A stretch of DNA of 55,468 bases, counting the filler, from Stramenopiles sp. TOSAG23-6 (taxonomy: Eukaryota), in assembly GCA_900128565.1 (NCBI GenBank). It is 4 parts of 4 records of this genome, joined end to end, with 100 filler letters (N's around TTAATTAATTAA, not from the genome) between each part and the next. Parts side by side here need not be neighbours in the genome. Positions count along the whole stretch, not along the records: positions 1 to 13,876 come from LT636156.1; positions 13,977 to 27,780 come from LT636158.1; 2 more parts are not named here. The stretch is one strand, 5' to 3'. The notes below the pieces were generated by a model, which did no database searches, was not told the origin of the DNA, and saw only the letters and a program-made list of their open reading frames with translations. The translations under genes were made by a program, and so were the position numbers. Of the stretch, positions 9,930 to 20,460 are shown piece by piece; the stretch's first letter is position 1, and every line of letters begins with the position of its first letter.

Positions 9930-12900
9930 ATGTTTTCTAGTCTTGGCGCACTAATAGGTGCATATCCTGAAGAAGAAGATGAAAATAAGCAGTCCAGTCC
10001 CATATCGCCTCGTGATATGGACACAGCAGAATACAACAAACGGCGGCATGCTTTTCGAGCAGCTTCAATAAGAATAAATAGTGCAGTTATAGATAACGAC
10101 TTCCTATCTGAAAACGATGCTGATTTCTCTCATTCTACTGAAGCTTCTACTACGAATGATGTTTCAATAGATGTACTTTCATCACCCCAACCACGTGGAT
10201 TTTATTCCGAAGATTCCGAAAACAAGTTCGACTTAAGTAAAGTTTCTACTCAATCGAAATCAAGGTTAAATAGGCGGAAAGACGCCAATACGTTGGCTTT
10301 TATCCCCTTGGGTATATTTTTGATGCCAATGCTCTTTATACGAAATTTTGGTCGAACAATAAAGCTTTCTCCTGGGATGGTACATTATAATGAATTTTAC
10401 TCTAGGAAAGCTTGTCAAGAAAATAATTTAGAACCAGATGGATTACAAATCGTTGTTAGGTCAGGAAACAAAGGATTTCAACTGTTGTTTGGACTTTTAT
10501 TTTTTATATCAACGTTATGGGGTTTTTATATTTATGCTATTTATCGTGCTTATTTTAAAACAATCAAACATCAACAGTTGACTATATGTGCATGTTTCAT
10601 CATTTCAGCATTAATAATTGATATTGGGGAAACGCTATTTAGTTTAAATGGGATATGCGAAGGTAGTTGTATTTTTCTGATTGCGTTTGTATATACGATT
10701 CCAAGGTTGACATTTGTGCAAAGTGTGTGTACGGCAATGGGTATCTGGTTCAGCTATAACTTTTTAGCTTTATTTTTTATACATGAAGAAACCTGCCTTG
10801 GACGTGATCCAAGTGCTAAACTTTATCTAGCCATTATCCAATTAATGTATGCCATAGCTTTTGCTTACCCTGGTGATTATGTATTTAGCATTATTCGAAA
10901 GGACACTGCAATGAATGAACAAGTAAAATTAAAAGTTGCAAGTTATGAGCAAGATAAGCAACTATTCAATACTTTATTAGATCAAATTTTGCCAATGGAA
11001 AAAGTTAGAGATATAGTGGAAAGTGGTTCCACCGTGGCAGATCAAGTCTCGAATTGCACTATAATGTTTTGTTTTGTCACAAACATAGAAAATCCGTCGA
11101 TAAAAAAAATGGATCAACACATTCATCTGAATGCATTGTTTTCTAAATTTGATGAAGTAATTGATGATTACGAGACTGTAGAAAAGATTAAAAATATTGG
11201 TTGTGTATATATGTGTGTATCAGGAATTAAAAAAGGTGCAAAAAAACATGCTGAAAATATGCTGGATTTTTGTCTATGTATCACACAAATAATTCAAAAA
11301 TATACAGAAAAGACGACTGACTTACACACTGTTCCCCTCCATTGGAAAATTGGTCTTGCTAGTGGCCCAGCTGTTGGTGGAGTTATTGGTGGTGATAAGT
11401 TTACATATGATGTTTTTGGGGATACAGTCAATCTAGCATCGCGGATGCTTTCGAACGCTCCAAAGGGTCGAATAATGACTACAGAAAAGACTAAAAATGT
11501 CCTACAGAATACATTCAATTGGATTCCCCATCCAAAAGGTAAAGTATTCCTCAAAGGTAAAGGTATGACTCCGGCATTTTTCATCACTAGTCGCAAAAAG
11601 GGAACAATGCCTCTTCGTTCTCTCCGATCTCGAAATTCTAGAAGAAATTCTAAAATTTCTTTTCTCAGGAAAGGTATTTCACAATTGAATTCACAATTGA
11701 ATATTGTTGTGCCTGATAATAATGATCATAATACACTAATAACTGATGAAGAAACTGGTGGTATTGAATTAACTACTTCGAGACGAAAGTTTCCTACAAA
11801 AAAATCATCTTGTGTTGAGGAGTCAGAAAGAAAGAAATCTTGGGCCATCGAGGATAAAGATCAAAAGGAAAAAATAAAGAAATCACTTTGGTATGAAAAG
11901 TCTTGGTCTGCTGAGAAATCTGAAAAAAATCGCGATGAAACTTTTTTTCCTATGAAAAATATGAAAAATATGAATATAGAGGAAATATTAAATATGAATG
12001 AAGAAGATTCTTTACAGGTCACTGGTTGGTTTATTTTACCTTTTTGTGTTGCTTTTCGCAAATTACATTGGAAATTACTTCGATGTTTTGAATGTCTTCG
12101 AAATCGAACTAGTCAAAAATTAATATATAAATTAGATAAACTGATGGAATTAGAACGAAATTTTAGTCTGCAGAAGAAGAAAAACAAACATAATGTTGCG
12201 TTGTGGGTGTTATCCTACCTCTTCGTTGATGTATGTTTGCATGCATGTACTCGACTTTTTATTGTATCAGATTTCTTGACGAACGACTTTGATGTTAAGC
12301 AAAGTGTTTATACTCAAATTGCAGATGTAGCCATGTGGTTATGGATTGTACCTACAATGCTTTTATTCGGAATATGCTTGCTTCCTAAAAGAAAGAAATA
12401 TGAATTAAGTGATTACGGATTCGAAGAGACGTCAAAACGATTTTCTAATTATAACATATCATCAATGGAGAGTGTATACACCTATGTTGATGAATCGAAA
12501 AAAAATTGTCATATAAACACAGTTTCATTTCTGTGTATGATATCTGTTGGACTGGCACATTTATTACAGGTTGCTGTTGAGCCACACTTTACATTCTCGT
12601 TAATCATTTATTTTATATTTACGACGTTATTTGAATTAATTTCGTTTGAAAGCATGCTGTTAACCAACTTGATAATTTTTTCTCTTTACCCGGTTGCGGT
12701 TGTATATTCACCGAATTCGAAGGTAATTACTCATTTTCGAGTTCCACATATGTACNTTTTATTTTTTATTTATTTTTTTTATAGTAAATTTCGTACCTAA
12801 CAAATTTAAAATTTTTTTTTTATTTTTTTTTACAAAAAAATCGATTTTATTTTTTTTATAGTAAATTTCGTACCTAACAAATTTAAAAAAAAATTTTTGA

Positions 12901-13823
12901 AATATTTTTTCAAAATACATAGTATCTCAAACGGATTTGGTTTTGGCGTTTTTAGAATTAGCAATTCCGACACTGACTGTCTGTATTTGTTGCGCGTATT
13001 CTTCTTTGAGGCATGATCGTAAACGTTTTATTCAACTAACTGAACTTTTGAATGAAGAGGATTATGTCAGAAAAAGAAGAGATAATGCGCAACGACTACT
13101 AGAGAAAATCCCGATACCATCTCATGTAATAAAAGACCTTAGAGCTGGACGTCCCATTTACACTGAAACATTTGCGACTGTTTCGTTTGCTGATATTGTC
13201 GGATTCACCAAATTTTCAGGTACAGTTACGGCAATACAACTTGTAAAAATACTGAATACAATGTTTTTAAAATTTGATAAACTTGCAAAACATCATAACG
13301 TGGAAAAGATTAAAACTATCGGAGATTGTTATGTGGCAGCTACTGGCTTATGGGAGGTGAAAGATAATCATACATTTAACTTTGATTCTCCTTGGTCTGA
13401 TGAATCCAATGCCGCGTTAGGATTTGAAATGAAAACGACTCGCTCCAACATAGCAAATCACGCCGTTTTAATGATTCGATTTTCTTTAGATATCCATCGT
13501 GTCATGTTGGCTCTTAATGCTGAGTTTGACTTGAACTTAGTGATTCGATCAGGAGTTCATACTGGACACGTCGTCGGTGGCGTCATTGGATCAAAACGTC
13601 TTGCCTTTGATATTTGGGGTGAAACTGTAGATTTGGCAAATGCTTTCGAAACTAAAGGTATTGGTGGTCGTGTTCATTGTAGTGAAGCTACACGAAATCG
13701 TGCTTCAACTGAATTTGTCTTTGAAAAAAGAAAAGAGCTTATTGAATTACATTTACCAGAAAGAGAACCAATTAAAATTACAGGATTTCTTGTCTTGTCA
13801 AGTAAATTTCCACTCCAGAATAT
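9930..13823 (+). CDS. Membrane class III nucleotidyl (probably adenylyl) cyclase with two catalytic domains; exons 9930-12751, 12921-13823; 3' end cut by contig end
   Basis: Two TM blocks, each followed by a cyclase domain (EKIKNIG...YDVFGDTVNLASRM; FADIVGFT...EKIKTIGDCY...FDIWGETV). Confidence 0.88.
12752..12920 (+). other. GT-AT family intron (169 nt) with duplicated branch-point block
   Basis: CAT AT|GTAC...TTTCGTACCTAAC (twice)...GAAATATTTTTTCAAAATACAT|A GTA. The AG two bases later would frameshift. Confidence 0.78.
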
Positions 13824-13876
13824 GTATGTTTTATATGAATTTCTAATTTAATTTTTTTTTTTTTGGTTTCATACGA
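13824..13876 (+). other. 5' part of a GT-AT family intron, truncated by contig end
   Basis: AAT AT|GTATGTTTT...TTTCATACGA then N-linker. Confidence 0.65.
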
Positions 13877-13976
13877 NNNNNNNNNNNNNNNNNNNNNNNN
13901 NNNNNNNNNNNNNNNNNNNNTTAATTAATTAANNNNNNNNNNNNNNNNNNNNNNNNNNNNNNNNNNNNNNNNNNNN
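13877..13976. other. Artificial contig linker
   Basis: N44-TTAATTAATTAA-N44 (stops in all six frames). Confidence 0.97.
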
Positions 13977-14511
13977 CTTGATTTGCAGCTTTTGTAAACC
14001 ATTCAGCAGCAGTTTTATAACATTTAGTGACTCCTTCACCTTTATTATAACATGAACCAAGACTATCCTGTGCTAATACGTGCCCTTGTTTTGCAGCTTT
14101 TGTACACCATTTTATAGAAGTTTTATAACATTTAGTGAGACCATCACCATTCTTATAACATCTACTAAGAATATACTGTGCGTCCACGTCGCCTTGTTTT
14201 GCAGCTTTTGTAAACCATTCAGCAGCAGTTTTATAACATTTAGTCACACCTTGACCATTATAATAACACACACCAAGACTATACTCTGCTAAACGGTTCC
14301 CTTGTTTTGCAGATTTTGTATACCATTCAGCAGCAGTTTTATAACATTTAGTTACACCGTAACCATTCTTATAAAGTTCACCAAGAAAACCTTGTGCGTG
14401 CATGTGACCATGTTTTGCAGCTTTTGTCAACCATTTTGCTGCAGTTTGATAATTTTGAATGACACCATCACCCTCAAAATACGATAAACCACGTAAATAT
14501 TGTGCTTCCAT
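13977..14511 (-). CDS. Sel1-like repeat protein (3' truncated)
   Basis: 36-aa repeats AQYxLGxxYxNGxGVTKCYKTAAEWxTKAAKQG. Confidence 0.85.
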
Positions 14512-14907
14512 TTGTGGCCTTGATCTGCGGCTTTTGTATGTACTCGAAATAAGAAGTGTTAGTCTCCTTGTTAGAATGAATTATATAACAGGGAGCCGGT
14601 AACGTTCTGATTAGTTCCTCTGAGTTCCTCTGCGACTGACTAGATTAAATGAAATTTAGGGAATTTACTAATTTACTAATTTAGGTACAAAAAAATGATA
14701 CAAATCTATATTTAGGTACAAAAAAATGGTACAAATCTAAGTTTTTATAACACGTGGCAGTGGTGACATGTAGTCAATTTTGCGATTTGCGATTTTCCAC
14801 TATTCACTCGGGTGTCAAGTCAACTATAATCTTGAGCTCACTAGTAATTATTCGCGACAAGCCACATTGAATTGATTAATAGGCGGGGGTATTATATCTT
14901 AGAAACT

Positions 14908-15549
14908 ATGTTTCATGCATTGCTTATTTTGGTCTTATTTCTTAGTGTAAACTTAGGTATATCAACTACGTTCATTGAATTCGACGTACATCGGAATTCC
15001 GAGAAGTGTCTGAGTGATGAACTGGGTGAAATGGTGACTGTTGTAGGTATGGTCTACTGGGATTACGAAGAAAATGAAGCTAAAAGTACAAACAGAATGG
15101 ATGTACAAGTTCAATTTCCTGAAAATAACGATAAAAAGGTTTATTCAAAAGATAAAAAGTCGCAAAAGAATGACCACCAAATTACGTTCCATTTTACAAC
15201 TAGAAACAACGGTGAGCATCATTTTTGCATAAGAAATCGGTATTCTACAACGAAACGTGTAACATTTGAGTTGAATGTAGGTGCAGATGTACGTTACACT
15301 GATGTTGCGAAAGGTATGCACTTTGAACCCATTACTTCTGCTTTGATTAAAGTTGAATTTGCTGCTGAATCAGTATTTAATATGCTCACAGATTTGGAAG
15401 AGCATGAACAAACCATGTCTAAAACAGCAAAAGAAACTCAGAGAAAGGTGAAGCATTTTTCAATTTTCACAATCCTAGTTTTAATAGCGTTTGGATGTTG
15501 GGAGGCACTTTATTTGAAAAAATATTTTAAGGCAAAAAAGTTGATTTAA
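14908..15549 (+). CDS. p24/emp24/GOLD cargo receptor (TMED10-like)
   Basis: Signal peptide, GOLD cysteines, C-terminal TM and YLKKYFKAKKLI tail. Confidence 0.85.
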   Translation: MFHALLILVLFLSVNLGISTTFIEFDVHRNSEKCLSDELGEMVTVVGMVYWDYEENEAKSTNRMDVQVQFPENNDKKVYSKDKKSQKNDHQITFHFTTRNNGEHHFCIRNRYSTTKRVTFELNVGADVRYTDVAKGMHFEPITSALIKVEFAAESVFNMLTDLEEHEQTMSKTAKETQRKVKHFSIFTILVLIAFGCWEALYLKKYFKAKKLI

Positions 15550-15702
15550 TAATAAAAAACTTTGTCTCAATAAAGAAATAAATAGACCAATATTAATGTA
15601 AATACTAATTTATATGGATGATGTACCACAAGAATAATATCTATTATAGTACGTAGTCACCTAATGAATTAAAATGATACGGAATCCAATAATATATCAC
15701 AA

Positions 15703-16830
15703 TCAGAAATATCCCATATCTCCCATTCCACCACCATAACCAGGAGGAGGAAGATGATCAGGGCTAGGTCCCATATGTCCCCTACCTCTACCAGGTGGTC
15801 TGTTACCATGACTACCCGGTCCAAATGGATCGAACCTTGCACCTGGAGGTACACCATCGGGTAACGGTCCACCAATACCATTACGTGCGGAATCTCTACC
15901 AAATATAGGATGGTCAGGTCCCACAGACATTCCACCTCCTCCTCTACCTATGAAATCACCACCAAAACTACCTGCTGGACGAATTCCAGCACCAAAGAAA
16001 GGATCCACGTCTCTGCGAAAGTGTTCACTAACTAATGTTGACCTTTGTTGGTTTCCACTTTGAAGCAATAAATCATTATTTGACATATTATTTGTTGTTT
16101 GATTACGTAGTTCAGCTTTATAAGCTTTACTGTGTGTTTTATTTGTTCTTTGTACTCCTAATTTGCATTTCAGCGGTTCTATGAGAGACGTCTCCACTAT
16201 TTTACGTAAATTTGGAATTTGCGCAATACGAATTGATTTAGCTTTACAAACATAGTCACTAACATTAAAGTCCTTTGAAAACACAGAAGAGTCACAAGAT
16301 TGAACCATCATATGCACTGAGATGACATCTCCTACTATAAGGCACTTCAGTACAATTATATCTTTATTACTACTACCATACATGTATTGAAGTCCATATA
16401 CATGTGAATTTGCACTCCATCCATTAGGAAGAGATTTACTCAAAGATACTTCCTGAGTGTCCTTTGACTCAGAAGGAGAAGTAGTGCCTCGTTGTTGTGA
16501 TACACTTTCAACAAGCCCAGAGCACAGGAAACCTGCTTCAACTATCAACTCATGTAATAAAAAGACAAACACATGTTGTTCGTTCTCCAAAGGTAAATTG
16601 CTATTCTTTATTTTACCCACTAATGATTCTTTACTGCAAGCAGCGTCAATCGCAACACGCTCTTTGTCTATTTTACGTCGTACTTTAGCTAGTGCTTTAC
16701 ACAGCTCCGTGCGAGCAAAACCTTCCGGAAGATCATCTACTGATAACTGAACTTGTGAAAGCTGCTGCCCAGCTACTTCCACATCATGAACTGACAACGA
16801 CTTGATGCCATCCACCGGTGAATTTTCCAT
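15703..16830 (-). CDS. PSMF1: Proteasome inhibitor PI31-like
   Basis: FP-like N-terminal domain and Pro/Gly tail GM.VGPDHP.F...VPPGARFDPFGP; ends in GYF (HbYX). Confidence 0.82.
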   Translation of the reverse strand: MENSPVDGIKSLSVHDVEVAGQQLSQVQLSVDDLPEGFARTELCKALAKVRRKIDKERVAIDAACSKESLVGKIKNSNLPLENEQHVFVFLLHELIVEAGFLCSGLVESVSQQRGTTSPSESKDTQEVSLSKSLPNGWSANSHVYGLQYMYGSSNKDIIVLKCLIVGDVISVHMMVQSCDSSVFSKDFNVSDYVCKAKSIRIAQIPNLRKIVETSLIEPLKCKLGVQRTNKTHSKAYKAELRNQTTNNMSNNDLLLQSGNQQRSTLVSEHFRRDVDPFFGAGIRPAGSFGGDFIGRGGGGMSVGPDHPIFGRDSARNGIGGPLPDGVPPGARFDPFGPGSHGNRPPGRGRGHMGPSPDHLPPPGYGGGMGDMGYF

Positions 16831-17160
16831 TGCAAATTCTGGCAATGAAAAGATGGCTTTTACTAGTAATTTTATCTCTCCACCTTTTTTTTTTTAGAAA
16901 AACGGTTCTGAAAAAACCTATTACTTTATTTCCTTGTCGTTGTCCAGAGAACACAAAGAAAAAAAACATCAGTCTAAAAAAAAACAATGAATTTTTCGAT
17001 TTTTCAGATTTTCAGATTTTTTCGGATTTCGTGTTTTTTAGGAACTCAATTTTTGCTGTTCATTTTGCCACGGGTAGGTATTTGTAGTAGGTCCTATACG
17101 GGTATATCAAACTTCTGTTTTGATTTGAACCATAAACAAAGAAACATAAATTCACACAAA

Positions 17161-17742
17161 ATGAATCAATATAAGAAAATTCTTCTCGCTTCTCTTTATA
17201 TATTCCAGAACAGTGTAGCTATGCAAGGAGGACGCGTTTCTCCATTGTTCTCCCCAGTGGGAAGCCCCGGTCCGGGTCTTTTCGGAGATGAGTTAGCTGG
17301 AACTGATCAAACAGCAGCAGCAGGACCATATTTTCAACCGCCAGACATCTTACAAGCACAAGCTATAGCTAACATCCGGAGGGTAATGCCACCGCTAGAG
17401 AGTCCATATGTGGTGGCTGGTAGTGCGGCGAGGCAGCCCCCCAAGTTGAGATTCAAGGTATCCAACGCAAGCAAAAAAATACAAAAAGAACGCAAGAAAA
17501 AAGAGAATCGGAAGAAACGACGACCAGTTTTCAAACTAAGCGGTCGGCAAATAGAAGAGGGCCAACAACTCGAATCACAGAGAGCAGTTTTAACACTAAG
17601 TGGTCGGCAAATAAGAGAAGCCGAAGTGGGAGAAACATTTCGCATTGAAGAGGGCTCTACAAGTCGCTCTGGGAGAAAACGAAAACAAACAGAGTCATTT
17701 CGTGCTGGTCCTGCAAGTAGAAAAATACGGGGTGAGGCTTGA
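17161..17742 (+). CDS. Hypothetical basic/disordered protein
   Basis: Open frame from ATG 17161; repeated LSGRQI; no recognisable domain. Confidence 0.4.
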   Translation: MNQYKKILLASLYIFQNSVAMQGGRVSPLFSPVGSPGPGLFGDELAGTDQTAAAGPYFQPPDILQAQAIANIRRVMPPLESPYVVAGSAARQPPKLRFKVSNASKKIQKERKKKENRKKRRPVFKLSGRQIEEGQQLESQRAVLTLSGRQIREAEVGETFRIEEGSTSRSGRKRKQTESFRAGPASRKIRGEA

Positions 17743-18080
17743 TGCAGAAGCAAAACAAACATCGACGGAAGAACCGTATCGAACGAGGAATCTTATTTTA
17801 CAATTGAAGTAAGGTAATACTGTATAAATTTAGCTATATATTATAAAAATTAAAAACTCAAAATAATATTCGATTTTGTCTTCATTGATGGAAAATTATG
17901 ATATTTTCGGAAAATTTGCTGGTCATATTAATGATTATTTATTTACTCGAACACTATCTATACACTGCTAAACGATTCGTCAAACATTATTTTCTTTTTC
18001 AGTTTTATCTTAAATAGATCAAAAGATAATTCATCCAAATTTAGTATTTTACACCCGGATAGATTTTAAGTAAACATTTT

Positions 18081-18722
18081 TCATGAAATTAAGCAACACC
18101 CTTTACTATTTCCACCTTTCTGTGATGGTTTTGATGTAGCTGCACTACCTGGGCCTTCTAGCCAAAGTCTTGAAAGTTCTTCGACTGTTTCTTCTATGTT
18201 ATCATTCGTTTTTGAACTAATTTCTAAATAGGTAGCATTTGTAGTTTCGGAGCCAGCAGTTGTTGCTGTAGCTAAAGCATTACCCTCTTCTTGACTGACT
18301 ACACGCGTTCCTAGACAATCACACTGCATACCTACAATAAGTAATGCGTGGGGAATACTGGAGAACTTTTTAATGTCACCCAAATAGCAATTTTCGGTGT
18401 TGATGTTGCCAAGACTTTCAAATGACTTTCGGGAGTTAACGTTAAAAGCTACGATGAAAGCATCAGCTGTTCTATATCGTGATGTACACATTGTTTGGAA
18501 CTTTGAGTTCCCTGATGTATCAAAGAAATTTATCGAGAAACCTTCAGAAGCACGTTCAAATTGAGAAAGTTTCTCTTTGTCGACCTCACATCGATACGAC
18601 TCAAGACCAATGGTAGACTCTTCGTTCTCATCGAATGATCCTTTTACCAAGCGTTTTAACATACATGTTTTACCTACCCCTTCATCTCCTATAACAATGC
18701 ATTTTATTTTTACTGGGGCCAT
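18081..18722 (-). CDS. Divergent Rab/Ras-superfamily small GTPase
   Basis: GDEGVGKT P-loop, STIG, DTSG, YLEISSK and C-terminal CCLIS prenylation motif. Confidence 0.85.
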   Translation of the reverse strand: MAPVKIKCIVIGDEGVGKTCMLKRLVKGSFDENEESTIGLESYRCEVDKEKLSQFERASEGFSINFFDTSGNSKFQTMCTSRYRTADAFIVAFNVNSRKSFESLGNINTENCYLGDIKKFSSIPHALLIVGMQCDCLGTRVVSQEEGNALATATTAGSETTNATYLEISSKTNDNIEETVEELSRLWLEGPGSAATSKPSQKGGNSKGCCLIS

Positions 18723-19277
18723 GTTATTTCAATGAAAAACGAGAAAGTTTTGTAAATTCAAAACCCGAGAGAGGACGAAAACAAACAAACGAATCTTTTC
18801 ATCTTTTTTTTTTTAACCCCAACCCTAGAACCGAACCCTAATTAGTTCACTGAACGGGGTTGGATTGTTTTAGAATTTAGAATCTTAGATTATTGTTTTA
18901 GAGACTGACATTTGTTTACGAAAAACTGCCGACTCGTATAGCTACTATTTTTGCCTTTGTTTACTACGACATTCACAATACATTCAAAAAGTATAAAAAA
19001 ATATGAAGCTCTCTTACATTTATTTTCCAAACTAAAAATTCAACTTAAATTAATTGAAATTAATCGTCTTCAAATCAAAAGTTCGAAAAAATAATGAATT
19101 TTTCTGAAGAATCTGGTGAAGCTATCAAAACTAAATATTTCCTAATTGATCAACAACGAAGTTCAATATAATAATGTCTTCCTATTAACCATATTAATTA
19201 ACATAGTTCAATCTAACAGTCACCAAGTAGATAGATAGATGGCATACTTTAGTCATTTAATGGAGAACCATCAAAAT

Positions 19278-20125
19278 TTACCAAGCATCATCATCGTCAC
19301 CGCCGAACATGTTTCCAACTTCGACTTCTTCTTCTTCCTCTTCTTCTTCTTCTTCGACTGCCTCTTCAGCTGCAGCACCGCCAGCGCCGCCGCCGCCGCC
19401 GCCGCCACCACCGATGACAAGTGACTCAAGAGCAACAAGGCCCTTGTTGATGCACTCGGTAGCATTCTGTGTAGGCTAATATACAAAAAATATGAATACA
19501 AATGAGAGTCTATTTTCAATCTGGTATGTGTTGATATCAACACGTATACAAAAGGTTTACAAAAAGCGTTGTACAAATTGTATCAACACTTATACTGAAA
19601 CATGACAAAAGAAATTGTTTCTACTGAGCAATCATCTTGTGACAAATTTTTATCGTCAGAAGCTTAAAGGTCACAAATGCGACACAATACGCTTTCATCA
19701 GTCTGGAGCGACACGAATATTTAATCAATTTGCAAGGAGAAACAAATTAAGGGGGGAAATGAAACAAAGTGCAAGGAGAAACGGGAGAAAAAGAGAATTG
19801 AAGACCACTACAATTTTGAAGTGGGTACGAATACTGTGCTTTCTACGTTCAGGTATTATGCTAATATTTAGAAACAGTATGAGCTATATCGTCTTACATT
19901 ATTCTAATTATTACCATATCACTGAAACGTAGAAACACTTGACTGGGGATTATTACTATATTCAATGAGTTCACTTACCTTTCCTTCAACTGTGGACATG
20001 AATTTGGTGAGCTGAGCTTCATCAGCTTCGATTCCGACAGAAGTGAGGACAGCCTTGACCTGATCGGTCGAAGGGGTGTCGTTACCACCGAGGACAAGCA
20101 TAAGGTATGCAGAGACGTACTTCAT
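19278..20125 (-). CDS. RPLP2: 60S acidic ribosomal protein P2; exons 20125-19979, 19466-19278
   Basis: MKYVSAYLMLVLGGN...VEGK|NATECINKG..., then Gly/Ala hinge, acidic tail and FGGDDDDAW*. Confidence 0.92.
19467..19978 (-). other. Canonical GT-AG intron (512 nt)
   Basis: AAG|GTAAGT...CCTACACAG|AAT restores the P2 frame; lacks the family core motif. Confidence 0.88.
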
Positions 20126-20460
20126 TTTGTGAGCTACTTTAAGTTGATAACTACAAAGGTCTGAGCTTCGGGAAACACGAACAAAGACAACAACAAACAA
20201 CAACAACACACGCGAAAAGTAGAATTCAATCAGCACTGACTTCACAAAAAAAAAGGATTTTCCGGTTTTTCGTGTTTTTCACATCGAAGAGTCAGTGTTT
20301 GTTTGAAACCGTTCGTCTATTACATCTAGACTTTGCATTAGGTAGATCACGACGACATATTTCTTAAATCAGTGCATAGAAGTAATGGAAATCAATTAAT
20401 ACAGTATTTATCAGTACAACAGTAAGACTGATTGTTGAAGAAGCTTATAGTGAATTGAAT

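Noticed and set aside
12750-12918. Reading the family as U12-type AT-AC introns
   Set aside because: It works only where AT is duplicated. It fails for DHX37, DDX24 and SPP (no upstream AT) and gives AT-AA or AT-AT for DNAJC3 and BPHL intron 1. Donors lack the U12 RTATCCTT consensus, and the branch motif lies ~30-45 nt from the 3' end.
13877-13976. TTAATTAATTAA palindrome inside N runs (three identical copies)
   Set aside because: Fixed 100-nt synthetic contig spacer, not biological; ORFs running into it are artefacts.
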